This document shows, piece after piece, positions 8,658 to 18,800 of a DNA stretch of 64,000 nt (position 1 is its first letter; each line of letters opens with the position of its first letter). Origin of the DNA: Candidatus Sumerlaeaceae bacterium. GTDB taxonomy: Bacteria; Sumerlaeota; Sumerlaeia; Sumerlaeales; Sumerlaeaceae. The stretch lies in assembly GCA_051003195.1 (NCBI GenBank), contig JBPCLP010000047.1, forward strand, positions 64,001 to 128,000, in the 5' to 3' direction. Made by a program: the position numbers and the translations under genes. The notes under the pieces were generated by a model that made no database searches, had not been told where the DNA came from, and saw nothing but the letters and a program-made list of their open reading frames with translations.

Positions 8658-9233
8658 CTACATCTGGTGGTCGCTGCAACGCCACAGGTCGCCATTGCTG
8701 ACGGTTCCATTCGTGGCATCGTAAATCATATATGTAAAATCCTGATCTTGCCCCGTGAAAACGGCCCACGAAAATCCCGGGTACGCTTTGATGGGAATGG
8801 AATCTTCATCGCGGTCCGGACCATCGCTGGCAATTGCAAATCGAGAAGGTGCGTCGATAGGCGTCGCACCCATTTTATACGCGCCATTGCGAGGGCCCCA
8901 ATCGATTCCGACATCACCCTGCTCCTCCAATGGGTGGAAAAGGTCGGTTGGAACGCTGCTGATATAGGCAATCGGGGTGGTGAGCGGAAAGAAGCGCTCC
9001 CATCGTGCGTTCACATACGTTTCAGGATAGTGGTTATTGTCAACGTGGTAGGCTTCCATGGCGCCTGCGATCGTGCGCATATCGGATTTTGCCCGCGATA
9101 TCTTCGCACGAATTTGTGCTTCGAGCATATTGGGTACGGCAATCGCCGCCAGGATTGTAATAATCGCGACAACGATCAGCAGTTCAATGAGCGTAAAACC
9201 GGCGCGCGTGTGCACAAATGTTCTGTAACGCAT
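8658..9233 (-). CDS. Prepilin-type N-terminal cleavage/methylation domain protein (pseudopilin/GspG-like)
   Basis: G|FTLIELLIVVAIITILAAIAVP class III signal peptide, followed by AQIRAKISRAKSDMR...YHVDNNHYP. Confidence 0.93.
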   Translation of the reverse strand: MRYRTFVHTRAGFTLIELLIVVAIITILAAIAVPNMLEAQIRAKISRAKSDMRTIAGAMEAYHVDNNHYPETYVNARWERFFPLTTPIAYISSVPTDLFHPLEEQGDVGIDWGPRNGAYKMGATPIDAPSRFAIASDGPDRDEDSIPIKAYPGFSWAVFTGQDQDFTYMIYDATNGTVSNGDLWRCSDHQM

Positions 9234-9255
9234 TATTTATGCTCCCTGGGGTCTC

Positions 9256-9765
9256 TTAAGGCTTGGGTGCTGCGGATGGGCCAGGGGCATTGGCAGCCGC
9301 GCGGCGTGCCTGCACCTGCGCTTGAAGTTCCTTGTTCTTGCTTTCGGCCACCTGCCGCTGGGTGCCCGGATAAAATTTGTTCATACGCGCCTGGCGGCGT
9401 TCGCGTTCGGCTGCGCGCAACGCGTCGTTTTCACCCCGCAGATTTTTAAGGCGCGCTTTCTGCTCGTCAGTCAGCACTTTTATCGCATCGCGACGCAGCC
9501 GCTGCGGATCAGTAGTCTGACCTTGTAGCTGCGCCAGTTTACTCTTCTGCTCATCCGTCAACGCCAGCTTCTGAAACATCTGCTGTTTGGTCTGCTCAGA
9601 ATTCATTTTCGCCGCTGCCGGCTTCCGCGGCTCCGGGTGCAACTGTTCGTATTGGTACACAATATAACCGATACCGCACGCAATCAGTGCGACAAGCCCG
9701 ATGGCCTTAAAGGGAAGCGAAATGACTTTACTGCCACCCGAAGAGCTGCTGTCAAGTCTTGGCAT
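9256..9765 (-). CDS. Membrane-anchored Spy/CpxP-like (LTxxQ) protein
   Basis: One N-terminal TM segment and two LTDEQK motifs in a helical, charged domain. Confidence 0.65.
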   Translation of the reverse strand: MPRLDSSSSGGSKVISLPFKAIGLVALIACGIGYIVYQYEQLHPEPRKPAAAKMNSEQTKQQMFQKLALTDEQKSKLAQLQGQTTDPQRLRRDAIKVLTDEQKARLKNLRGENDALRAAERERRQARMNKFYPGTQRQVAESKNKELQAQVQARRAAANAPGPSAAPKP

Positions 9766-9865
9766 TAATCAGGTTAGCCTTTGAATGTTCGATTGAAAAG
9801 GCGAAGCAAGCCGCGAAAATATACTCGCTTGTTCCAGACTGGTTGAGCACGAGACGTTCCCCACG

Positions 9866-10201
9866 TCAAAACAGGAGTTTTAATGTCTGTCCCAGCCTTT
9901 CTTTCATTTCACCTGGATCCGATGTCCCCAGCCACATGCTGAGTACAAACCAGATCAATGCGACGAGGACGGCGGAGATGATCAGGGATTTGATGAGACC
10001 AACGAGGGTTCCGAACCCGCAGCCGCTGCGCACCGGAAGTGTATGCACCTGGTCATGAAACTCGCGGAACGCCTCCACACATTCGTGACTGCAAAAGATA
10101 CCATCCGGAGCCTTCACACGACATTGTGAGCACACGGGAGTATGGCAGCGCTTGCAACGGGTGCTCGCGTTCTTAAGGGGATGGTTAGCGCAATGTTCCA
10201 C
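9866..10201 (-). CDS. B-box-type zinc-finger membrane protein
   Basis: CxxH..CxxC..CxxC..CxxxC at the N-terminus, then one TM helix; GTG start. Confidence 0.75.
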   Translation of the reverse strand: MEHCANHPLKNASTRCKRCHTPVCSQCRVKAPDGIFCSHECVEAFREFHDQVHTLPVRSGCGFGTLVGLIKSLIISAVLVALIWFVLSMWLGTSDPGEMKERLGQTLKLLF

Positions 10202-10317
10202 AGTTGTATCTATTGACCACGATTTGGCGCAATCAACAATTACGTATTACGCAAAAGGAAGTAAGCTTGCTCGCAGCATCTGCTCAAGTGTCCGACCCAT
10301 ACCCGACGGTGCATGGA

Positions 10318-11910
10318 ATGCCCTTCCAGGCTCGGTGGCTGCCCGGCATGTCGGTGCTTCTCGCGATGCTGCTCGTAATTGCCACGGGTTGGGTGAACGA
10401 TGACGCATATATAACGCTGCGCACGATCGACAACTTCATCCATGGTTACGGGCTGCGTTACAACGTCGAAGAGAGAGTGCAGGCATACACTCACCCATTG
10501 TGGCTCATCCTGCTCACCACGATATACAACGTCGTCCACAGCGCCTACTTCACTGCTGTGCTCGCCGGTGTACTTTGTACATTGTCAGCATTATTGCTAC
10601 TGGTGCGGTCAAGGCCAGATCCGTTCACCGCAGCTTTAGTCGTGATACTGGCATCCTCGAAGGCGTTCATTGAGTATTCGACTTCTGGACTGGAAAACAG
10701 TCTTTCGCATTTGCTGATCATCGCATTCTTCTTGTCGGTGCTCAGCGAAAACGAAAAGCGGCGATTCGCGTGGGCGTGCATATGGGGTGGTTTCGCGGCA
10801 GTAAACCGGCAAGACCTCGCGCTGTTGTTTGTCGGGCCGCTTGTAATTATGGCGGTGCAGTTGCGCTCCGCAGGCGCTATCATACGAGGACTGTTGCCTG
10901 GTTCCTTGCCGCTGCTGCTCTGGGAAAGCTTCTCACTGATCTACTACGGTTTTCCATTTCCGAATACAGCGTATGCAAAACTTGGGGCGGGTCTTTCGCG
11001 GCACGAAATGCTCGTGCATGGATTTGGTTATTTGAAATCGTCGCTGGCTCGCGACTACGTGACGCTACCGTTTACCGTATTCGTCTGCCTTCTCTCCCCC
11101 TGGATGGCAAAAAAGCCTCTCGCGATCGGAGCCGGTATTTCCATAATAACCTACCTGGCATACATCGTTTGGGCCGGGGGAGATTTTATGACAGGACGAT
11201 TCACCACAGCTCCGTTTGTAGCGGCGGTGGCACTAGCGTTGGTCTGCACTCCGACCAGGTGGAAAAAGCACTGCTGGAAAATAGCGGCAGTTGCCGGAGG
11301 TTTATGTCTCCTGTCACCCGGCATGGTGCTGAAACCCGTTAAGGCATATTCCGGACCTGTGGAACAACATCCTTACCTGGATAAGAACATGGTTGCTGAC
11401 GAACGGGCATTTTACTCAGCAAGCAGCAACCTCATGGATAATCTGAGTTCCGACCGCATTGCCCGGCATCCATTTGCGAAACTGGGAATCAAGGCGCGGC
11501 AACGCGGCGCACGCGTCATCATATTTCAGAACGCAGGATATGCCGGCTATTATGCAGGCCCGAACTTGTATATACTGGATCCACTGGCACTCGTAGATCC
11601 GTTGCTCGCTCGGCTTCCCATGAGATCGGACCACGAAGCGCGGCAGGGCCACTACATGAGGGCCTTTCCCGATGGATATAAAGAAAGCCTGCCGGATAGC
11701 ACTAACGCTATCTCCAATTCAAATTTGCACGCCTTCTACGATAAAATCCGGATCATCACTCGCGACCCGGTCTGGAGTCGCCAACGATTCGTCACGATCT
11801 GGCAAATGAATGTCGGCGCGTTTAACTCCCTGGTGCCGCGAAAGGAACACTACTCCGGGCCAAAGGAAGCCTGGCACGTCATTGCACACGGCTCTGAAAA
11901 AACATCCTGA
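10318..11910 (+). CDS. GT-C membrane glycosyltransferase, AftB-like
   Basis: WVNDDAYITLRTIDNF..GLRYNVEERVQAYTHPLW, STSGLEN, PFPNTAYAK, GGDFM.GRF and LVDPLLARL motifs; multiple TMs. Start uncertain (10288-10348). Confidence 0.8.
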   Translation: MPFQARWLPGMSVLLAMLLVIATGWVNDDAYITLRTIDNFIHGYGLRYNVEERVQAYTHPLWLILLTTIYNVVHSAYFTAVLAGVLCTLSALLLLVRSRPDPFTAALVVILASSKAFIEYSTSGLENSLSHLLIIAFFLSVLSENEKRRFAWACIWGGFAAVNRQDLALLFVGPLVIMAVQLRSAGAIIRGLLPGSLPLLLWESFSLIYYGFPFPNTAYAKLGAGLSRHEMLVHGFGYLKSSLARDYVTLPFTVFVCLLSPWMAKKPLAIGAGISIITYLAYIVWAGGDFMTGRFTTAPFVAAVALALVCTPTRWKKHCWKIAAVAGGLCLLSPGMVLKPVKAYSGPVEQHPYLDKNMVADERAFYSASSNLMDNLSSDRIARHPFAKLGIKARQRGARVIIFQNAGYAGYYAGPNLYILDPLALVDPLLARLPMRSDHEARQGHYMRAFPDGYKESLPDSTNAISNSNLHAFYDKIRIITRDPVWSRQRFVTIWQMNVGAFNSLVPRKEHYSGPKEAWHVIAHGSEKTS

Positions 11911-11933
11911 AACTTACGCGAGCGAACTACAGC

Positions 11934-13304
11934 TTACAGCCGGAAGATACGAGCGAACTCGGCGGCCTGTGCTTTCCGATTAAATGTCTCGATCAGTTCT
12001 GTCTGCCGATTAAAATTCGTGCGTCCGAGGAACAGCTCGAACAACGTTTCTTTGATACGGAAGATGTTCTCAGGCGGCACTACGAATCCACAACCTGATT
12101 GCCGAACCAGCGTGGCAAGTGCGCCCGGTGGCGCTACCGCGAGGATCGGTTTGCCGGTTGCAAGGTACTCGAATATTTTTTGCGTCAGCATGATTTCGCT
12201 GTTGGGCGCTTCGCCCTCCAGCACCAGCAGCGCATCAGCGCTCATCTGCAGTTGCAGCGCTTCGCGATAGGTTCCCATTCCCCAGTTGTGGATCACATGC
12301 TGCAAACCCATAGCGACTATTGCTTCCTCGTACTCTGGCTTGAATTTCGTGCGGAAGACTACCTGGAAGTTGTCGTTCAAACCTGGATAACAATCGAGCA
12401 ACCCCCGTACAGCAGCGAAAAAGTTCTCCGGCGAGCGCTGCATAAACAGTGTGCCCGTATAAGCCACCGTGAACTTGTCGAACCCAATCGGTTCAAGCTT
12501 TGCGAAATCGTCCGGATCAAATCCATTTGGTATCACATGAACTTTGTGTTCGCCTGCAATCGTGCGAAGGTGGCGTGCAATGGGCTCGCTCACGGTAGTC
12601 ACTGCATCTGCATTTTTAACAACGGCGCGTTCCAGTTTCGTGCTCCACTTGCGGTGCAGGGGAGTGCCTTGTGCGCCAAAGTATGGGTTTTGAGTCCAGC
12701 CGTCCCGAAAATCCGCAATCCATTTGATACGATAACGGCGTTTCAGGTAGAGTCCGGCCAAGTGCGTGGAATGTGGGAATGACGAGGTGAGCACATAACG
12801 AATGGCCTGGCGTCGTAGCAGCGCTTCGGCTTCTGGAATTGCGAACGGAAGCCACCCGACACGGTCATCAGGTATAGCCAGAAGCTGGTTTGCATAGTTC
12901 GCAGCGCGGCCTGCAGTGCGGGAAATCCGGCTCTGCCGGCGAACCGGACCAGCGGCTGCGGCTGAAGCTTCATGCGTTGCGGGTTCCGCTGCATCAAAAA
13001 CAGAACGGATCCGGCCGAGTATTCGGGGCATCTTCCTTGTCAAATTCCAAACGTGATACGGATCAAAGCTCGGTGTGCGTGTCACCGCGTAATTCTGTTG
13101 CTCGATCTCGCGCAGCGCCTCGAGGTCCAGGGGCATTCGCTCGTCTGGCGACGCACAAAGCACTACCGGATCCATGCCGAATGCCGGCAGATATTTTGCC
13201 AGCTTCACCATACGCCGCACACCTGACAGACCTGGAGGAAAGTCGTAGTTGATGAGCAGGACCCGATCTCCCGGGCGCGTGCATGGTGGCGTGTTCCTGC
13301 TCAT
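11934..13304 (-). CDS. Glycosyltransferase family 4 (GT-B) protein
   Basis: YDFPP..SGVRR, WIADFRDGW, VIPNGFD and KIFEYLATGKPI motifs. Confidence 0.9.
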   Translation of the reverse strand: MSRNTPPCTRPGDRVLLINYDFPPGLSGVRRMVKLAKYLPAFGMDPVVLCASPDERMPLDLEALREIEQQNYAVTRTPSFDPYHVWNLTRKMPRILGRIRSVFDAAEPATHEASAAAAGPVRRQSRISRTAGRAANYANQLLAIPDDRVGWLPFAIPEAEALLRRQAIRYVLTSSFPHSTHLAGLYLKRRYRIKWIADFRDGWTQNPYFGAQGTPLHRKWSTKLERAVVKNADAVTTVSEPIARHLRTIAGEHKVHVIPNGFDPDDFAKLEPIGFDKFTVAYTGTLFMQRSPENFFAAVRGLLDCYPGLNDNFQVVFRTKFKPEYEEAIVAMGLQHVIHNWGMGTYREALQLQMSADALLVLEGEAPNSEIMLTQKIFEYLATGKPILAVAPPGALATLVRQSGCGFVVPPENIFRIKETLFELFLGRTNFNRQTELIETFNRKAQAAEFARIFRL

Positions 13305-13315
13305 GGATACTGCGG

Positions 13316-14458
13316 CTATTGCTCCACCGCGGCAGGTGCGAGCTCAAGGTTCGATCCAACCCGTCCGCTGCCTTCGCCGCTGAGTTCGTGGACTTCCTCA
13401 ATCAAAATTTCACGGCCTTCCTGGCTGGATAAATAGATGCTGTCCAGAATCCGCTGCACGTTCAGGGATTCTTCTCCGCGCACCAGCACCTCGGCTTCGC
13501 CACGCAAACATTTTACCCAGTGCTTCAATTCTTCGACGTGCGCGTCCACAACTACGAATGCCGTCGGCTCGAGGTTGATGAGCGCTTCGTCGCGCGATTG
13601 AAAAATACGAACACTGGTAGGAGCTTTTGGTGTGGTAAACGGCAACAGCTCCGCTCCTCCTAGATCACCCAGTATGGTCTGCGGGTAAATCTCCTCGTCC
13701 TTCAGGTGAGCGGCCCAACTTGCCTCCAGCGAAAGCGTGCAACCGTCGGTAAATTTAACCATGCCGCAGGCGAAATCTTCCACGTCGTAGTCTTCACGGC
13801 GGTAGGTACCATGCGGATTGTAGAAGGTCTGCCGGTTGCCGAACTGCGTGTAGACGCTCCCGCTCACGCACTTCGGACGCGGGCTTCCCATCAACCAGAT
13901 GATAAGATCCAGGGTGTGCACGCCCAGATCGATCAGAGGACCACCGCCCGACTTGCTCTTGATGTGGAACTGTCCCCAGCCAGGGACACCACGCCGCCGC
14001 AAAGCATGGGACCTTCCGTAATAAATGTGTCCGAGCTCGCCCTGTTCAATCATACGTTTTAGAAACTGACACACCGGAAGGAAGCGCATGTGGTGCCCAA
14101 TTGTCAGCATACGCTTAGATGTTCGCGCAGCGTTTACCATTTTCTGCGCTTCTTCGCTGTTCATTGCTATCGGCTTTTCGCACAGCACGTGCATACCCCG
14201 CTGCAGCGCCTCTACCGTCGGCTCGCAATGCGCGTAGTTGGGCGTACATACCGATATCGCATCGAGTTTCTCGGCTTCGAACATTTCGATAAAGCTCGCG
14301 TAGGCACTAGGGATTTCCTTTTCGACGGCGAACTTCTGTGCTCGCTCAAGACTGATGTCCGAGCAGGCAACCACCTGCACGCCATCGCACGCGCGATAGC
14401 CGCGTATGTGAATCCCGGCGACCGCGCCGCAACCAACTATTCCAACCCTCAAGCTCAT
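13316..14458 (-). CDS. Gfo/Idh/MocA family oxidoreductase
   Basis: VGIVGCGAVA Rossmann motif, HVLCEKP and GGGPLIDLGVH. Start re-called at ATG 14458. Confidence 0.93.
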   Translation of the reverse strand: MSLRVGIVGCGAVAGIHIRGYRACDGVQVVACSDISLERAQKFAVEKEIPSAYASFIEMFEAEKLDAISVCTPNYAHCEPTVEALQRGMHVLCEKPIAMNSEEAQKMVNAARTSKRMLTIGHHMRFLPVCQFLKRMIEQGELGHIYYGRSHALRRRGVPGWGQFHIKSKSGGGPLIDLGVHTLDLIIWLMGSPRPKCVSGSVYTQFGNRQTFYNPHGTYRREDYDVEDFACGMVKFTDGCTLSLEASWAAHLKDEEIYPQTILGDLGGAELLPFTTPKAPTSVRIFQSRDEALINLEPTAFVVVDAHVEELKHWVKCLRGEAEVLVRGEESLNVQRILDSIYLSSQEGREILIEEVHELSGEGSGRVGSNLELAPAAVEQ

Positions 14459-14594
14459 CCTGCTTTGACTTTCTAATCGTGTGGTTTCATCGGCAAGGTG
14501 GCAGGCCGGGACCGCTGCTGCAAGTGCTGAGAGGATCATCTGCCTCCAAATCTAAAGTTCCGGGACTTGCCGCTTGTTCTGCTCCTGCGTACAG

Positions 14595-15716
14595 CTAACC
14601 GTTGCCGAATAGAATCAGGAACTCGTCGTCCGCCAGTGGAGGTATGCTGGCCAGGTCCAGGTTTGCTCGCACATGCTCAATATTGCTCATGCCAACAAGC
14701 GCGGTTGTCACGCCTGGCGCCGAGCGTGAAAACTGGAGTGCGCGTGCTGCATCGTTCGGAAGTCCGGAGATGGCCTGCTGAACCGTAGCCGGCAGGTTTC
14801 GCGTGAGCTGTGCCTGCAACAACGAAGCGCTTGCGACAGCCGAAACGTTTAGAGACCGGGCGGCTTCCAACGGAGTCATTCGCATCCCGTTCACTTCCTG
14901 GTTCATTTGCGTCAGTCCGGCCGGCATCGCGAGGTTAACGGGAAGCTGAACAAATCGGAAATGGTGACTATCGCCACCTGCATGACGCGCACATTCAACG
15001 ACCCGATCCAGCGATATTAAATCTGACGATTCGCGCACTCCGAGAAATGCATCCCATGTCGCGATACCGTAGCTGCAGATGCGCTGCGCGGCGACTTCGC
15101 TCTCCAGCGCAATGAACGCCTGCTCGAGTGCATAATAAAAATCTTCGTCGTTTAATTCGGCAAGTTGCGTTTCTGGATTATGAATGTAATAAATGTCGAT
15201 TGTTTCCAGCCCAAGGTTCTCCAGGCTGCGCGCCACCTGGTGGCGGATATACGCGGGCGTCATGCAATGACAGCTGGCGACAATGTCATCCGGTGTAATG
15301 ATCCCTGGCTTGATCAGTTCCGCTTCGATCCAGGCGCGCGGGTTTTTAGGATAGTCGCCATCGAACGGCAGGAAACCACCTTTGGTACATACCACGATTT
15401 CCTCTCGCCTGGAACCGTTTTCGATGAGTTGTCGCATTGCCGTCGCAATCGAGCGTTCGCTTCGCTGGAACCGGTAATTGATCGCACTGTCGATCACGTT
15501 GCAGCCCAGGCACACGGCCACTGTGATCGCGTCGGCATACGACTTATCATAAGCCGGTGTTGGTTCTCCCAGGTAGGTACCGAGTCCAATGGACGACATC
15601 ATCATGCCGTGTGCGAGTCGGAAGTGGTCCGGGTCGAGTTCGGGAAATCGATCTGTATAGTGCTCGGTGCCTTCGGCAGTGGCGTGGCCCGCGATTGGCG
15701 TAGTTGAATTACTCAT
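14595..15716 (-). CDS. Aldo/keto reductase
   Basis: SSIGLGTY, IDSAINY..SE, CTKGG, SLENLGLETIDIYYIHNPE and LVGMS..EHV.ANL motifs. Confidence 0.92.
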   Translation of the reverse strand: MSNSTTPIAGHATAEGTEHYTDRFPELDPDHFRLAHGMMMSSIGLGTYLGEPTPAYDKSYADAITVAVCLGCNVIDSAINYRFQRSERSIATAMRQLIENGSRREEIVVCTKGGFLPFDGDYPKNPRAWIEAELIKPGIITPDDIVASCHCMTPAYIRHQVARSLENLGLETIDIYYIHNPETQLAELNDEDFYYALEQAFIALESEVAAQRICSYGIATWDAFLGVRESSDLISLDRVVECARHAGGDSHHFRFVQLPVNLAMPAGLTQMNQEVNGMRMTPLEAARSLNVSAVASASLLQAQLTRNLPATVQQAISGLPNDAARALQFSRSAPGVTTALVGMSNIEHVRANLDLASIPPLADDEFLILFGNG

Positions 15717-15820
15717 GCCGAACGGCTGCCACAGTCGTTTCAGATAGCCACAAAAAAGGCACGTTAGTTCGCAGGGTCAGGCCCTGCGCTTCCACTAATG
15801 CTGGTCCGGCAGCCTTGCAT

Positions 15821-18800
15821 TCACTTATCCACTACCTTCAGTATCAGCTCATCACTATTGCTGCGCAGGGGCGGGAAGTACATCGCATATCCTGTGGTAG
15901 GCATCGTGTGGAAAGTGCCCGGAATCTCCGCGCGGACGTTATAGCTGATGTTGTGTTCGCCCTGTGCCAGGTGAGTGATAAAGAAGGCGACATGCTGATC
16001 GCGCAGCTCCATGTTCGCACAGAGCCCGCCGCCATACGTGCTGCCGCTCTGTAGTTGCACGGGCTCCATCCCGGCGGGCTTTGGGTCTTCGAACACCAGG
16101 TACTCGTAATCGTTAAGCGATTTGATGCGCAGCGTTACGCGCAGCTCATCTCCCGATTTCAAAGATTCACCGTCGTGCACCGGCACATACCGGTCTTTGG
16201 CCACAACCGTTCCATCGGGAGCCGGCGTGACTACCACGTCCTCTTCGTCTTTTGGAGCAGCCACGGCTTCCCTGGTGGCCGAACTCTGTGGATCGCGCAC
16301 AAGCTTCTCATACGTCCGCTCCACGTAGATTTCATTGCCGGCTTTCCTGATATGCTCTTCCAGCGTAAAATACTCCGCGAATACAGAGTAGAATGCGGTG
16401 GCGGTACCTGTCTTCTCGATCTGCAGGCGCAGCTTGCCGGACGCGCTCTCCGGAATCTCGCTGCCGCGCAGAACCACGCTGCCATCGAAGGACCAGAAAT
16501 TCTGCGGCGAAACTGTGAATCGTTTCAATTCGGGTGCTGTCAGAGCTCCGGAGGTGCTGTCATCCACCAGCCATACGCGCACGTCCATGGTACTCACCAC
16601 TTCCTTGCGCTGCAGCATATAGGTCGACAGGGCCAGCACCGACTGTGCCGTGTCCTTCGTGCTCTTCCACTTCCGTCCCTGCCGGTTGAGCACCAACCAC
16701 TTCATCGACTGTTCGACCAGCTTGTTCTGCGGGTCAATTTCGAGGTGTGCGATCAGCCCCATCGCTGTCGCTTCCACGGCTTCCTCCCACCAGTACCATC
16801 CGCCGTGTAGTTTGCCCCAGCGTGCAGTATCATTCTCAGGTGTGATGACTGCAACATTGTACATGTTGCGTAACACGGTGCGTGCATCTTCCTGGCGGTT
16901 CGTATGCCACAATGCGCGGGCAAGCAGCGCCAGTCCATGTGCGGTCAGCTTATCGCGGTTCTTGCACAGGAAATCCAGCGCCTCCGGTTCCGACTGCTGA
17001 TTCAACGCCAGCACGAACTCGGAAAACATTAACGTGTGCAGATCGTATGGCCACCAGTAGATCAGGTTGTTCTTTCGGTTCTGCTGGTTCTTGAGCTGAT
17101 CCTGCACAAGCTGGTGCAGCTGTTGCAGACCGCGCGAGTACATACCCTCGTCTACTTTCACATCCGACTGGCGCACGATCGTGAGCCCATACATAACGTA
17201 GGAGCTCATGTATGAGTTCGCGCCATCATCGCGCCACCAGCCCCAACTTCCATCGGCATGCTGGAAGTCTCGCAGTCGTTGCAGTCCGGCTTCGATTACT
17301 GGTGAAAGCTTTTCGGCAGAAACAGGGTCCGGCGGCAAGCGCAGCTCGCGGAACGCATGCTGTGCCACCGCGGCCGGCATGAACCGGCTCATCGTCTGCT
17401 CGGTGCAGCCATAAGGATATTCGATCATATATGGTAAGGCATCACGGATAGCGAATGCCAGCGAAGGATTCACGCTGATGGTTAGCTTTGTCGTCGCCGT
17501 GATACGTTCCTTCGGTAGCTCGATTGAGCGCGTAATGAGTGTCTTCTCGTCCTTCAATTCCACGGACACTTCGGTGGTGCTCTCGTCGGCCGTGGTTCCG
17601 TTCCAGGCCACGAACTTGTCAATGCCGTGTTGAAGTACGGGGAAGCTCATCTCGACCGCATCACTCTCGGCGCTGGTGAGTGCGAGCAGCGTCACGCTTG
17701 TTTCACCCGGCTTCACAACGTCGAAGTTCCAATCAACGCGTGCTTCGCCGTTGGACTCGATACGAATTGTGCGCGCCCCGGCAGATTCTGTCGTGGCACC
17801 CTCGTTGCCCGGACGAAGTTGCTCGCCCGTGGCAAGGCTCACCTGCACATCCTGCGCTTCAGGCAGGTAATTGTGAACCACCGCCGAGAGAGTCACCTGG
17901 TCGCGCTCGCGGAAAAATCGCGGCGCTTCCAACCTGGCTAGCAGATTCTTTCGGACGACGGTGTCGGTCGTTGCGTTACCGACGCGCGTATCCTCCGTCG
18001 TTCCCACTGCGGCGCACTTCCATGTCGTCAGTGAATCCGGGAACTTCACGCGCACCTTTGCGCGTCCATGCTCATCCGTAACTATTGCGGGAGACCAGAA
18101 CATGCTGTCGCGAAAATCCGTCCGGACTTTTGCTTCCGCCGTTGGAGCGTCCTTCTTTTGCTTGGCGAATAGATCCAGCGAGTCGTCCTCCTTTAAGTCG
18201 GAAAGCTCCAGGCGCATGTCTTTCCCGGCAAGGCCAGTGGCAGCGACGGCGTTAACACCGAGGGACATCGGACCCACCGCGGCGGGTGCTTCGGAGAAAT
18301 AGCGTAGAGTTGCCTTGGGTGCAAAACCAAGTCGGTGAGAACCCGCCAGTCGGCCTTCACTATCTTCAGAAAAAGCCCACCTGTCTCCCCGAACCTGCAC
18401 CGATTCTTCATTTTGCAGGAATCTGCCCAGGTCCGGCGGAATGGTTTCAAAGTACCCGGCCGGCGCAGGCATCGAATTACGTATTTCCGAACGCAACTGG
18501 CGCCGCTCTCCGTAAAACACACGCCGTATGTCCACGCGCATTTCCGGCGCAATATAGAGGATTGAGCTGTCGAACAGGCTGATCGAAAATTCGCCGCGCA
18601 CCGGTTGTCCCAGGTTATCGCTCGCCACAATTTCGAAATCTCCCTCCTCGCCGGGACGGTAGTCGGGCTTATCACCCGACACACTCACGTTCAGCACACG
18701 CTTCTTAGGCGGCACGATCAGTTCCAGGCCGTCCTCAATTACTTTCTGGTTCTGTACGGCAACGACATGCACTTGTGTGTTAGGCGCGAAGGCGTCAGTG

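Noticed and set aside
14478..14488. GAAACCACACG 11-mer shared with 30244-30254
   Set aside because: Opposite orientation relative to the genes, and such matches are expected by chance across the intergenic sequence.
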